From Gonapodya sp. JEL0774 (lineage: Eukaryota), in the NCBI GenBank assembly GCA_027604505.1, contig JADIIX010000059.1, positions 62,001 through 126,000 of the forward strand: 64,000 nt of DNA, in the 5' to 3' direction. Made by a program: the position numbers and the translations under genes. The number at the start of each line of letters is the position of its first letter. The stretch's first letter is position 1. Shown in pieces: positions 24,547-41,834 of this stretch. A model generated the notes under the pieces. That model was not told where the DNA came from. It made no database searches and was given only the letters and a program-made list of their open reading frames with translations.

Positions 24547-27500
24547 ATGGGCCGTGAGTTGCCTTCATTGAGAGCGTTGGAACATCTCTGACAAGCTCAC
24601 CCCTCATCCGATGGCGTCCCTGATTGCACGTCCGTTTTCTTAACCCTATTTTGTCGGATCGGCTTTCAGTATTCAGCGGTTCTAATCCCATTGCTCCGAC
24701 TGAAGTCTTATCCTTACTTATTGTTCAGGTGTGTTCGTCAGGCGGACCCTCGCTGCTTTGCGGATTAGTCGTCAACACCTAGTCTCTCAATTATCACCCT
24801 GGTTTCAAAACTGGATTCGTGGACCTGAATCCGCATGACTTGAAACTACCCTGTTTCAATTTTGTGCGAAATCAAACGCAGATCCTAGTCATCATTGGCA
24901 CAACACGGTTGCTCTCTATACCTCTGCTGCGCCTGAGGCAGCCCCGTGTGATAGCTGAAGTACTAGGTGGCATTATCCTCGGGCCATCTGTTATGGGAAA
25001 CATTCCGGGATGGCAAAATACACTCTTTCCCACGCAATCTTTGCCAAGTGCGTAAGCAAGCCACCTCATACATGCGAACCCGGTATTTTTTTGGCACTAT
25101 CTCAAGTAGCTAGAGGTCTCCCGCATGGCTGGAGCGATCTCAAGCCAATTTTGGGAGGGAGACCACCAGAGAGGTGGTACCGTTCATGTCGTGTTTGCTC
25201 CAAGGTTTAACGCAATTTGCCTCAAACTGGACTTGCCTGCATTTGGAGACGCCATGTCGAAGTGGACGGCAGAGGTTGCTGCTTAATGTGGACTTTGAGA
25301 CTGACATGTTTATTGGCCCAAATTTGGTATCTAAAACCTCGTTCCGTCAGTTCTCCAATCATTTGCCAACGTCGGTCTCATCTTCTTCATGTTCCTCGTC
25401 GGCGTAAGTGCCACGCTTTGCGAGTTCTTTTTGTTTTGTGCCAGTCATCGACTTCTTACGAACTGCCCGTTCCTGACGACCGGATCAGTTGGAGCTCGAT
25501 CTTCGATCGCTTCGCTCGCATCTGCGTAATTCCCTCATTATTGCGGGCACGGGCCTGCTCGTGCCGTTTGCCTTAGCCGCGCCCATCGGTTACATCCTGT
25601 ATATCAAACTCGCAGACTCAGAGAAGGTCAGCGTGGGCAACTTCGTCTTGTTCATTTTGGTCAGCATGAGCATAACAGTGAGTTAAACTCATTGAATAGA
25701 TCTAGGATTAAGGTGGGGGGGAGCTTGATCGTTTTACGGTTATCCAACAGGCCTTCCCGGTGCTCGCCCGTATCATGTCGGACCGAAATCTCTTCACCAC
25801 CCGAGTTGGTATTACTGCCATCTCCGCGGCTGCCGTCGGTGACGCAGTCGGATGGCTCCTGCTGGCTGTCGTGGTGTCTGTTGTTTCTGCTTCAACCCCT
25901 TTAGCTGCTCTGTGGGCCTTCTTGTGTGGCATCGGTCTCACACTCTTTCTGTTTCTTGTGGTGCGGAGAGGTGGGTGACTGTGGGAATCAAAATTTTCGG
26001 TCATTTTCGGTCCTGTTAATGAGGACCATTGTGGCTGAATTTCATCTCTAGGCCTGTCTGCCCTGATGAAACTTTCATCCACGCGCGAGAGCCTGAACAC
26101 CTTCATGATTTTCGTAGTGTACTTCCTCGTTCTCGCTGCTAGTTGGTTCACAGAGGCCATCGGTTGGTTGCAATCTCTTCATCGTTTTGGCCGGCCGACT
26201 GTCACTCACTATTCTTGTGTATTGTCTTCCGTTCGGTAACTACCGAATGCTTGCAGGTATTCACGTGAGTCGATCTGCTGCATCTTTAAAAATTGCGTGG
26301 TGTGAGAGCAACTCCGTTCATGCTTCACACTCTTTGTCAGGCGATCTTTGGTGCTTTCCTGGTCGGCCTGGTTGTTCCCCACGATAATGGCTTCGCCATC
26401 CAACTGACCGAGAAAACAGAGGACTTTGTTGCCATTCTTCTTGTACCGCTTTACTTCGCCTATTCAGGTCTTCGTACAAAGTTGGGAGTGCTCAACGACG
26501 GGTTGGTCTGGGGTCTCGTGGTTCTCGTCATTTCCGGGGCGTGTGTGGGCAAGATATTCGGTAGTGCGATTCCCAGTAGGATACTCGGTCTCTCATGGAG
26601 AGAATCGTGGACTGTTGGTGAGTTTTCTTCAAGTGTTCGTCAAAATTTGCTCCCCAATGTATTGTTCGACCCATTTCGCAGGATTCCTCATGAACACAAA
26701 AGGACTTGTGGAGCTAATCGTGCTGAACGTAGGGCTTGACGCGGGCGTACTGAACGAGAAATCTTTTGTGGTAATGACCATCATGGGTGAGCTTTCATTT
26801 TCAGATGCTCAGAGTGACGGGAGTTTACACCTGACGGTTTTGTGATTTCTTTTGTGTAGCTATTGTCACCACTCTTATCACTGCTCCCGTGGTATCTTTC
26901 ATCTACCCACAAAAGTATCACGTGCGCATCCACGCCCGTGATCCCCACCATGCCGGTGACGATGCAGTATCTGTTCATTCCCGTACCTCCCGTCACCTCA
27001 CTCGTCGGCACAAAGCTGAGAATCGATTCTCCATTTTGCACGAGATGGATGCTCTCAGCTCATTTGTGGGACAAAAGCCTGCGAACGGATCTAACCCATT
27101 TGCACCTGTGGACGTAGCGGGCCTCAACGTCCTGGTGTGCCTCATCGAGCAGCACTCCTTACCCGGGTTTATGTCACTCCTTCACATGGTTGGATCGTAC
27201 TTCAAAATGACTGCCGCGCAAGGGGCAGCAGCAGCATCAGCTGAAAGAGCTGCTGCAGTCGCAAATGCTGCTCAGTCACCAAAAGGATCCGCAAATGGCA
27301 GCGGTGCATCTGCACTCCAGGCGTTATTCGCAGGTGGTAATAAGGAAGATTCTACAGCGACTACTCTCCCCAGAGAAGGATCCACTCCACTGTTCGCCAT
27401 GCGCAGTTCTGAGAGTCAACAACATGAACCAGCACAGTTGTCGGTTGTTGCCCTTCGATTGGTGGCGATGACAGATAGAACATCTGCTATCATGGCGGAA

Positions 27501-29174
27501 TTGGAACAGGAAACAACAATGCTAGTAAGTAAAATGAATGCGCAGGCGAATATAGCGCCCATCCACTCGTGTGCGGATTCTCTCCCGTTCCCCCCCTGTC
27601 TCACCATGTTACTCTTTACCATCACCAGCGCGACCCGCTCCTGAATGTATTCCGAACATTTGCACAGATCAACAAGATATCTTGCCTTCCGTCGCTGGCC
27701 GTGCGTCAGCCGGAGCTCTTTCCCGAGGAAATCGTGCAAGCAGCTGACGAGTGTGGTGCTGGTCTGGTGCTTATGCCATTGACGTCACATTCCGCTCTCG
27801 AAGGTGATATGAGTCGATTGGAGGGATGGTTTGAGAGACAGTATAGGTCCAGAACAGTGAGTACAGAATTAAGTTCCGTAAGTTGAACTTGAACTGACTC
27901 AGGTCTTTGTGACGGTGTCACGTAAGCCCCTTGTCTCGGATGTGCTGTCTCGATGCCCTGCCACTGTGGGAGTCTTTGTCGATCACGGATTTGGTGGCTT
28001 TGTTCAAGGAGGAGCCCTAAATGCCACATCCAGCATGAGCGTGTTTCTAACCGGATCTACAACCAACGTCGGCACCGACTTTCCAGCACTCTCTACCCCA
28101 GGAGTGGGAAATGTATTGGGGCACGAGCTGGTCACAGAATCCGGAACCACCCCGGGGGCCGAGGAGATGCCTCAGGCTTACCTCAACGCATCTGTAAGAA
28201 TGCTCGTGATCTTCACGGGTGGCAAGGATGATCGCACGGCCTTGGCTTTCGCTTTGCGTCTTCTTGGTCACCCGAATGTCGCATTGGATGTCCTCAGAGT
28301 CATTATTGACATGCCAACCAAGTCATGGGCGGTTCCCAGTGACGCTGAAGAGGATGAGCGGATGTGGAAGAGCCTCAAAGAAGGTCTTTTGACAAAGCGG
28401 ATGGGACCTTTCTCTTCTCGTTTGTCACTCAGGGAGCGTACCATCTCGGAGAACAATGATGACCTTATAAAACTAACCTTGGAGGAAGTTGTGAAGCTTC
28501 GTAAATCGGATCTTGTGATTTGCGGTCGGGGGACACCCGTTGTGGGAAAGCGAATACGCGCAGACACTGTTGCACTTTTGGAAACCGAAGTGAGCGCTCC
28601 TGAATACGACAAGCACTTGGAGGCCGAGGCTAGTACCAAGGAGGCTCCTGTGGTCACCGAGAGTACCGCCATCGACATTCATCACAAGCCTGGAAACGCC
28701 CGTCTTGAGCTTCTGAGGGATGAAGAGAACGAGCATGCAAACGCTCAAACTCATCAATCTACTCATTCGACAACCGCTCAGCGTCTCGCCGGCTGGATCA
28801 AAGTCTCTGCTGTTGGGAGCTCATCGTCAGTTGGTGGTTCCGCAGTACCTCCCAGTCCATCGCATGCTCACCCTGTGGAACATGATGAGGTGGATGACGC
28901 GGAGCTTGGGGCTCTCGGCGTCGTGGGCTCAGCTCTCGTCGTAACAGCAAGTCACCACCTGCACCACTCTCATCACGCCCCATTACGGATGCATGACCGG
29001 ACCAGCAGTGTGAGGTCAATCCGAGCAGTGGGCAGTGGCAAAGGTCATTCGTACTTTGAGCACCTGGGACCGATTAAGGCCAGTGTTCTCGTTATGAGAG
29101 GCCCGATGTTCTCGGAATCGGACGAAGAGGGCGAGCCATCCAAGATGAAGGAAGATGCCGACAAAATGGCCTAA
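24547..29174 (+). CDS. KHA1: K+/H+ antiporter, CPA2 family (fungal Kha1 / plant CHX-like), many exons
   Basis: [125 protein letters not shown]. Confidence 0.93.
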
Positions 29175-29842
29175 GACAAAATTAACCGGCTTGATATGGC
29201 TGGAACAACAATTGGACATTTTCGGTGGATATGAGCACAGTGAAGAGAACAGTGATCCATGACTTTTCTCCATTGGACTGAGAAGTAATGTGAATGAAGC
29301 GATTTGTACTTGGTTCTTTCTAGTCACTCATCAGCAGTGTAATATTCGTTCACGGGTGAACGAGTCGGGTTCAGTACAACCCTGCCTATCAGCCGCCACA
29401 TTGATAAACAGTTCGGCAGTTCCTAATAAATTGTGGTTGTTCCACTCAAAAGGGCCAGTTTGATGTACATTGTACTCAGGCCAGCCCCATCATGCTCGAA
29501 TAAGAGATGAACCAGAAAACTGTGCAGATCCTGTTCGACGACCCTTTGTTATTATGAGATTGTCCCACCATTCATCCTTACAGACGGTCCAGCGAACAAC
29601 AAATTTAAGCTTAGTTGCTCCATCATAATAGCTAAATCCGTTTCGCGGAAGGACTTAGCATTATTCGCAAGGAGAATTTTAGAAGACAGTGCTGCATGGA
29701 ATGAATGGGCGGGAACAGCACCAATTAGTAACAGTTTAGGAGACTGTTTCTTTTAAATTGCACGAGATCTCAACGTGATCCAATTTCTAGGTTGATACCC
29801 CACATGTGAATGCAGCTCCCATGCCTCACGCAGTCCAACATT

Positions 29843-32248
29843 TCAATCACGCCTGCCCCCACCTCCGAAGTCCGGACCGAAATCTGGCCCATCTCCACCA
29901 TGCCTCCTCCCGCCACCAAAATCTGGTCCGTCGCCTCCCCCATGAGGTCTTCCGTCGTGCGGCCTCCCTCCGAAATCTGGTCCGTCACCTCTACCGCCAC
30001 CAAAGTCAGGACCATCACCTCCTCCATGCGGTCTCCCGCCACCAAACATGCCACCAATATCTGGTCCGTCCGCATGGGGCCTTCCACCGAAATCTGGTCC
30101 ATCCGCATTGGGCCTTCCACCGAAATCAGGCCCGTCTCCATTGGGCCTTCCACCGAAATCTGGTCCGTCCGCATGGGGCCTTCCACCAAAATCGGGCCCG
30201 TCCCCATACGGCCTCCCGCCGAAGTCGGGTCCATCGCCCAACCTCCCAGCACCCCCGTATCTTCCAGGTCTGTGACCACCCCCTCCAATAATGCCCATAC
30301 CCGCAAGCTGCGAAGCCAACATCGCATCAGTATTCGGGTAAGAAGGGGACTGGTTTACGTAGACGACGTTGGGCTTCAAAGCAGGAGGCGGTGCATACTG
30401 TGGCTGCTGCTGGTAAACAACTTGAGGAGGGGGGTTTTGCGAAGGAGGGGCATAATACGTTGGTTGCTGAGGTGGGGGACCATATGATGGTGGTGTGGAG
30501 TAAGGTGAAGATGGTGGTGGGGGAGCATACTGTGACTGCTGGCTTGGGGGTGGAGGATACAGTTGCTGCTGTTGTGGTGGTGGCGGCGGAAGGTACTGAT
30601 TTGGTGGAGGATGAGCGTATTGGTTTGGTGGAGGCGGAGTGTACTGGTTAGGTGGAGGCGGAGTGTATTGGTTTGGTGGAGGCGGAGTGTACTGGTTNNN
30701 NNNNNNNNNNNNNNNNNNNNNNNNNNNNNNNNNNNNNNNNNNNNNNNNNNNNNNNNNNNNNNNNNNNNNNNNNNNNNNNNNNNNNNNNNNNNNNNNCTGG
30801 TTTGGTGGAGGCGGAGTGTACTGGTTAGGTGGAGGCGGAGTGTATTGGTTTGGTGGAGGCGGAGTGTACTGGTTAGGTGGAGGCGGGGTGTATTGGCTTT
30901 GGGGAGGAGCGTTTTGGGGTTGATGAGCGGGCTGGCTTGTGGGAGGAGGGTATTGCTGTTGCTGCGCAGATTGGCTTTGGGCGGGAGCGTATTGTTGTTG
31001 CTGATGCGCCTGGTTGGGATAGGGAGGGTACGGGCTAGTCGGTGAGGTGCCCGTGGGCGGTGCATATCCCTGACCTGGAGTTGATGCCCCGTGTTGGTTC
31101 GTGCGCTTCGGGGGATGCACATACATGTCCTCGGAGGAGGGGGGTTGAGGTTTAGGCGTGTGAGCCGTCAGCAATGTGGCGGCACCCGCCGTTGCGGCCA
31201 GACCGGCGGCGACCACGGTGGGTGAGGGAAGGTACGAGGGAGTCCAATTGGCAGGAGGGCTTGGGTATGTGTTGGACGGAGGGGGTGCGGAAGGAAGAGG
31301 GTCGTCGGATGAGGACGGGGGAGGGGGGTTGTTAGATGAACTGGAATGTGAAGCGGCTGAGGGGTGGGGGGGATAGGCTTGCGTCTGAGCACCGGAAGCA
31401 CCCTGCTGAGGATACTTCGGTGGTGGTGCGTTATGCTGAGAATATGTTTGAGCTGGCGGAGCTTGTTGCGGCTGCTTTTGTGCCGCCTCTTGGACCATTG
31501 CAATAAATTTGCCGGAGGGATCAATCGGGTATCCAAATTGGTCCTTTCTGGTTTTGAGGGATGCCGCAGTTTGCAAAGCAGCGGGGGAGACTCGGGCGCC
31601 ATAAGAGAGAAGCGCAGAAACAATGTTGAGATTGGGCGCTTGAACCGAGTCCTGAGGTTGGTGAGCAGTTGGTCACCCGGTTCTCAAATATATAATGCAA
31701 TACTTCAAATACTCACATCACAAGCCTCGCCAGGTACCTCTGGGTTCTTGAGTGTAATATCTGGTCCTCGCTTGTTCATCTTCCCCTCCCAGCACGACAG
31801 CGAGAACTCCAGAGCGGATGAAAATGATGCTCCATCAATCCACCGGGCAGACTCCCACTGTTGTGAAGACCACGAACCAGACGGATGGCATGCTGCAACT
31901 CTCCAGGAGATTGGGCGGTTCGGGTCTGCGCCTAAAAGCCGATTTGTCAATTGCATCAGGATTGATATGTTGAGAGTCGAAAGTTGAGCGCTGTTCAGGA
32001 GCTCTCCACGCACCTGCGCCAAGCAGTGAGGTGACAATGTCAGCGTTTTCATTGCGAATCGCAATCGCCAACACGCTTTCCATCTGCTGTGTGTCCCTTC
32101 TCTCTTGTCCACCTTGAAGGACCGCGACCAATGTCACGATCTTTCGCACATTTGGGTCCGCACCAGCTTTCAGCGCCTTTTTCACATCTTCCGTCTTTAT
32201 TTGTTCGCAGGCGAGAAGCAACCTGAGCGAAGTTTCGCTGGTGGACAT
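29843..32248 (-). CDS. Ankyrin-like N-terminal domain followed by a P/Q/Y-rich region and C-terminal GPDFGGRP repeats (3 exons; spans an assembly gap)
   Basis: VKKALKAGADPN, VLAIAIRNENADIVTSLLGAGADPN, NIVSALLSYGARV. Introns approx. 32013-31932 and 31716-31652 join it to ORF 29843-31576; the acceptor of the second intron is uncertain. Confidence 0.7.
29865..30240 (-). repeat. Coding ~33-nt repeat encoding (G/A)DGPDFGGRP(H/N/Y), about 9-10 copies
   Basis: Repeated ccaccgaaatctggtccgtc units; translation GDGPDFGGRPH. Confidence 0.85.
30600..30895 (-). repeat. Coding 24-nt tandem repeat encoding PPPPNQYT, interrupted by the N gap
   Basis: ggtttggtggaggcggagtgtact / ggttaggtggaggcggagtgtatt alternate on both sides of the gap. 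Confidence 0.9.
30698..30796. other. Assembly gap (~99 N) inside a coding tandem repeat
   Basis: Run of N flanked by identical repeat units. Confidence 0.97.
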
Positions 32249-32654
32249 CGATTCAAAGAGATCGGTTGAACTGTTGGTCGCTTGTTGACTGTTTGGCTCA
32301 CGGTCCCCACTCACTCGTGCCAAACCAGACAAGTTGACTGTGCAATATGTATCACAACCCATTAGGTAAACCCATTCTAGCGCACCATTCCGAAAAATTC
32401 TAAGAGAGGCAGCAATTGCAGCGAAGCGTGCCTGCATTTGAAGTATCGTGGGTGACAAATCAGAGGATGAGCCACGCATTGTCACACGTTTCCCGTACAG
32501 CTCGGACTTTTCGTCAACGGATAATTCTCTCCTGCCGAGGCTTTCGGTTGCATGAAAAAGGTGATTAGACAAAGTTTTTTTGGTGGTGTCCCCGCAAAGG
32601 GATAAGGTAGGTGACCACAATTTGGAGCCCAATCAGACCAAACCGCGAGGAGCA

Positions 32655-35836
<3,182 letters not shown>

Positions 35837-36883
35837 AGGAGGAGGTGAATTGGAGCGTTGCAGTACCAGTCGCGGTGAAATCTTCCCACAACGTAGTTTC
35901 AAAGATACCAAACATTGCTACCCCCAGCTGTATCAATTACACAAATGTTCTCTGATATTTCATCTCATCAGGGCATGCGGCATTTATCTAACAATCATAA
36001 TCTGTGCGAGAAGAAGACACAGAAAATTCTACATATGTGGCGGTAGTCTCATTCAGCAACGTTTGAGTAATATTTATCGGTATTGCGTGGGGCATTGAGC
36101 AAATGAGCTTTCGAAGAAGGCAGCCATGCACCTTCGGCTGGGTTGTTGCACCTGACTCGAGGTTTACAACTGACGACAAAATCGAGGTGGCAACTGAACT
36201 GTCAGTCGACGGAAGTGGAGGTGTTTGGATGCGCCGCGCCCTCAGGAGGCTGTGGTTTTGGCAATGAAACGGTTGGGCACTGAAGTATAATAGTTGACTT
36301 ATTTGATATGAATGGAAGGCATTGGGAGGCATAATACACGGTGAGTCAAGAGATGGCGACATATATTATTGAAGGAGTCAGGTCAGAACAGTCACGCTTG
36401 CGTGCTGTGCCAGTCCAGACTTTACCCAAACTTTTTTTATCTTGGTGATCAAGCTGCTCCGGCGCCAATCACGGGGAACGTCGAACGCCAGAAGTGCTCT
36501 AAGCCGATTGGGAAGAACCATAAGAATAGCCATCGCGTGGATTCGTCGGCAGAGACGCTAAATTGGAGACGAGAAAAGGCCGAGATCAACTATCGTACCT
36601 TTTGGTGAGCAAGACGGAGGGAGACTGCGTAATAGCGCAATGCGAGACTGACGGAAATGAACCGAATGGAGAGCTCTCAATTGTGCTTCTTTCAACTGTG
36701 GATTCGCGGTGCACGAGGTCTTCACCTGTGGGAAGCCAGGAATCCGTGGACCCCAACTCAAATGTTCCCCCGGAAAACGGAATACAGACTCACTCTCGAA
36801 GGAATTTTGATTTGATTCGAGGATGGAGTACGCATCCTGAACGCACTTAATAATTTCACACCAATCCAAACGCAGGACCACAC

Positions 36884-39459
36884 ATGTCCGAGCAGCGCTC
36901 TTCCTTGCCCAATTCGCAAGACTCGTCGAGAAACTCGAACTCTTTGCCTGCTCCGATTGCCATTTCGGCTCTTAACGGCTCTCCCCATATCATTTCTCCT
37001 CCGGTCTCCATCCCTGCCACACCTCCGGTCTCCATCCCGATCGCAAATCCGCATCCTTACCCTCGACACGGTCACCAGGAGTCAGAGCTGCCAGAACCAA
37101 TATCTACAACTCACCCTCCATCCTTTTCGGACTCGCTCTCACATTGGGAGTCCGCTTCGTACTCAGCCTCCCCGCGCTCGCTGCCAGCTTCTCTTGCAAA
37201 CAACGTCAACGGAGGTTCGTCATTCATGAACCGTGTTCAGGACATGCTTGCAGCGCGCAGAGCGTCGCTAGCTGCGACAAATGGTAATGGAAATGGACTC
37301 GCCACCATTGAAGATGATGAGCGACCACCTTTAGTGGTGATGAAGTTTGGTGGGACGAGCGTTGGAACAGCGGAGAGGATGCTTGGAGTTGCAAACATTA
37401 TCAAGTAAGGTTTCGTCACATTTCCAAGTCCTGAGCTGAACTTACAATTCAAAACACAGGTCTTCCGCGGCAGACCAACGTGTGATTGCTGTTCTTTCGG
37501 CTATGTCAAGCTACAAAAAGTCTGAGGGCACCACTTCTCGGTGAGTTCTCCACGTGATTGTCCGTATAAGGATCAAACGATTTGCGAAATGGCACATTCT
37601 CCGATCCTCTGCATGTTTATGGTGTATTAAGTTGTGCAAAGATGGGCATGTGCTACTGGCCCAGTTCTGGTGTCGCCCCATTTCTGCTGTTCTGCGTAAG
37701 CTGGAGATGTTTCTCACCTGACCCTTGCCGCTCCCTTTCGAAGCCTCCTATCCGCATCCGACCTTGTACTCGCACCCAACTCTCCCGGCTCTTACCTCCA
37801 CCTTGTTGAGGCTATTGAACGGGACCACCTAGCCGCGGCTCGTGGTGCCATCACAGATGATGCAGAGAGGGCGAAGGCGGTCGAGGCCGTGAAGGAGGAG
37901 TGTGGAAAGTTGAGGGGCTTTTTGGAGGCTGTTGAGGTGAGTTTTGGTGTATCCATTCGCATCGCGATTATATGTTCAGGGGTTTTTCATCTTTACGTAC
38001 ATGGCTCGCAAAAAGACCATCTCCGAGCTTACACCCCGCTCCCGCGACATCATAATTTCTACCGGCGAGAAGCTTTCTGCACTCATCTTTGCTCACGTCC
38101 TGCGGGCACAAGGTGTACCTGCTGAGTACGTCAACCTGGATCGACTTGTCGAGAGGCAGTTTGGAGACGGGAATGGGGGCGGTGTGGATCAGGCATTTTA
38201 CGATTACTTGACAGCGAGAATTGGGGATGTTCTCACAGCGCTTGGGGAAGATAAAGTGCCGGTTATCACGGGTGAGAAAATCTTGTGGTGGTTGTGATCA
38301 CCGTCCGCACAAGCTCCGATGAGCAGTCAGTTGCTCGTATCTAATCTTACTGCCCTTTCGTCGAACCTCCAGGTTACCTCGGCCCTGTGCCCGGCTCCAT
38401 CCTCACCACCATTGGCCGCGGTTACACGGACCTCACTGCTGCTCTCACTGCCGTCGCATTACATGCAGAAGAGCTTCAGATCTGGAAGGAAGTGGACGGT
38501 ATCTTCACGGCGGATCCGCGCAAGGTGGAGAAGGCCAAATTGTTGCCATACATCAGCCCAGAGGAGGCTGCCGAATTGACGGTGGGTGTGTTTGGGCGAA
38601 CTTCAAGTGGTACTCGCTTAAAATGACGAATGTCTTTCTTCTGTTCTTTTGGTCTAATAGTACTATGGCTCGGAAGTTATCCATCCCTTTACCATGGAAC
38701 AAGTTATCCGTGCTTCCATCCCTATCCGCATCAAGAATACTTTCCATCCCGCCGGCCGAGGTACCGTTGTTCTACCCACAGCAGCATCGGGAGTTGATCC
38801 GGAAGCGCGAGCCGCGGAGCTCGAGGAATGTTTCTCGGCACCACATAGAGCCCCCGACGGCTCTGAGCTACCGACGCACAGACCGAGTAAACGACACGCC
38901 ACCGCGGTGACCATAAAGGACAATGTGACGGTATTGAATATACACTCAAACCGAAAGAGTGTGAGCCACGGTTTCTTTGCACATATTTTCAGGACGCTCG
39001 ACAAACATGGCATTGTCGTCGATCTCATCTCCACGAGCGAAGTTCACGTTAGTATGGCGCTGGGGACGAATGTCAAAGAGGCCAACTTAAAGGGAGCTTT
39101 GAGTGATCTGAGGAGGTTGGGAACGGTGAGTTGTCGGAGTTACCACAGTGTCAACAGCCCAAATGCTGCACTCAGTCTGTTGCATCCAGGTTGATGTCAT
39201 CTCCGATATGGCCATTCTCTCACTTGTTGGTCGCCTCATGCGCCATATGGTGGGCATCGCAGGTCGCATGTTCTCGGTCTTAGCCCAGAGAGGAGTCAAC
39301 ATTGAGATGATCTCACAAGGCGCTTCCGAGATCAACATCTCTTGTGTCATCGAACAAAAACGTGCAGCTGAGGCACTGGCTGCCGTACACGACGCCTGTG
39401 TTTTGGCCATAGGTTATGAAGACGACCGCGATGAAGTTGATGTCGAAACAACTGCGTGA
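36884..39459 (+). CDS. HOM3: Aspartate kinase with C-terminal ACT domains and a ~145-aa S/P-rich N-terminal extension
   Basis: VVMKFGGTSVG, VLSAMS, IISTGEKLS, VPVITG, IGRGYTDLTAAL, IWKEVDGIFTADPRKV, YYGSEVIHP, SHGFFAHIF, VVDLISTSEVHVS, INIEMISQGASEINISCVI-type ACT motif. Confidence 0.95.
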
Positions 39460-39794
39460 ACAATCAAATTGGCCAGAGTGGACTCCTAGTCTCATAACTT
39501 ACTAGAGCAGCATCAATCATGCATGCGGACTGATCACCATGACTGTCGTAATACTCCTGACACTTCTTTAGACAGACGAACCTGTACAGATTTGCAAAAG
39601 CAATAGATCATAGCCTAGCCTATGACGAACTATGGTACACTACGTATAGAGGATATGCATCCATTTTGAGAGTTCAAGATATACTCTGATTGCAGTTCTG
39701 GCCCATGTGTGAGAGATAGTGGTGAACGAGGGTCATCCCACACTCCCCCGTCTATAATAATCACATCTATTCCAACCAACTACGCCAGGCAATG

Positions 39795-41671
39795 TCATTC
39801 GTGACAACTTACAGGCTCCGTAGTCTCTCGGTGTTGCAGCTTGCAGAGATGCAATTCTGTTTGATAACCATAACTGGCGTCCATCGCTACTCTTCGTACT
39901 GCCTCTATCAAATTATTGAGTCCTAGGAGGAAATTTGCATCCGGCACCTCCCACGGGCCGAACGTGGAATGAGAAAAGTCTATTACCCGGACGTCCACAA
40001 GATGCTGCAGCTGGCCCGGTCTCCCACTGGATTCCATTTTCCCTGAGATGGGGATCGAGGAAGCTGCAGGCTCATCTACCAATGCATCAACAGAACCAGT
40101 GTCCTCCGTGACGGCTTGCTCAGATAGGTCAGATGCTGCTGCTTCCGACTCTCCGTCACGATCATCCGCGAGTGTAGAAATATGCGATAGAGTGGACGTG
40201 GGAGTAACAGCAACAGGTGAAGGTGGGTTCACGCAGTCGGGGTCGACAAGCTGCATTGGCCGAGGTGGTGAGAGCGTCAAATCAGATGGGGACGATACTC
40301 CCGGAATAGATGGGGTAGGTTTGGGAGAGGAAGTCGCAGTGAGAGGGGGGGGAAGCGGGATTCGCAACGGAGTAGGGGTGGCAACGGTAGGCTTTCGAGA
40401 ATTTGAAACAGGAGACGCAGACGGAGAGGTAACAGGTTCAGGTGGCTCAGACACAGAGGCATCGCGGCTGCATGAGACGTTCGTTGCAGTTGCAGTGGCA
40501 CATCCCAATCGAGATCCGGCTTCTCCGACAGTCACAGGAGCGTGGTGCGAGTCCAGATGGTCTTCGACGTCCAACCCATCCAAATCACCCTCAAAAACAA
40601 CCAGTGCTGATGTACTGTACAGTCGCAACGACGGGGTCGCTTCCACGGCCCTCCGAATGTGCTCCAGCTTCTCCATGACTAGAGGGGCGTACCTCCCGTA
40701 CAGGAGGCTACCGTTCTCATCCGAGAAAAAGCGACGAACCCCCATGAAGAAGGTAGAAGGAGTGAGAGACCGACCGTAGTGTTTGGAGAGTGTCGTGTAT
40801 GTGCGCGCGGAAGGGTCCCAGATCTGAAAATGTGATGTTCGACAGTTGAGGGACCAACAGAATTTACGCACACGACAGAACATCCGTCAGGCCCCACGCA
40901 AACGCGGTATTATCTTGGAGGTTGCCCGAGCAAATTATAATGAATTCAGAAATTGGAATACCGAGAGTCTTCCACCACATCGCACGTCCCTTTGGGAGTC
41001 GTTGAAGTAAGAACTGACTCGCAACCATCAATCCAATTAATGGTATTGTCCTTCTATATCTCCTCAAGGTGAATGTAAGAAGTGTTCTCGGCTCACCGTG
41101 AACTCACCTTGGCACCAGTCAACCTCACCCCCAGACTCCCTGAGGTCGTGGTTCGAGAGTACTCCTCCATCCTCCGTCGCTTCTCAACAGATGCATCATC
41201 TCCGTATAGCCTGGCGCCGAGCTTGAAGTCGGCAAGACACGGTCGACGAAAATGCCTGACAAGATTCTCCATGACAACGGCGGGAAGACTAGGGTGGTCG
41301 GGCAGAAAGCAGGTGCCGAAAAATTTGGGCACAAAGGTCATGAAATGAAGTGATGAAGATGTTGAGCTGGAGGAGGAAGGGTCCCCCTGCGACATGGAGT
41401 GGGCGAGATGTTGTAGGGTGGAGTAAAACTCGACTTCGGAAACCGAGGTTGGTTTCGCGAGAGCACCATCCTGAAGCAGAACGACACGATCGTGTCCAGC
41501 AACCTGATGCTCGAAGGGGACGTAGTTCACAAGAGATGCACGTGCATCCCCCTCTGTTTGCTGCTGATCCGTCTCAGTCTGAGCGACGTCATTGTTTCGG
41601 TGAAGTGGAAGTCCAATAGCGGGATTGGATTCTCGAGGGGAAGCCATGTTCATGGTCGAGAATTCGGGCAT
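39795..41671 (-). CDS. Inositol polyphosphate kinase (IPK superfamily, IPMK/Arg82-like), 2 exons
   Basis: HQVAGH, EVEFY, FVPKFFG, MENL, PCLADFKLG (PxxxDxKxG), TTSGSLGVRLTG, SALVVFEG, VIDFSH, FLLGLNNLI; intron approx. 41107-40824. Confidence 0.9.
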
Positions 41672-41834
41672 TTTAGAGGAGAAAACGAGGGTGAAGAGCG
41701 TTCTGTCCTTACCGGGTCCTAACGCGTGCCCTCATACATGCACACGTGAATTGGATTTCAACCGAATGGCATGGACGACGATACAACATAGCAAAAAATA
41801 ATCAAAACTTCCCCCCACTTCTCCAAAGTTCCTT

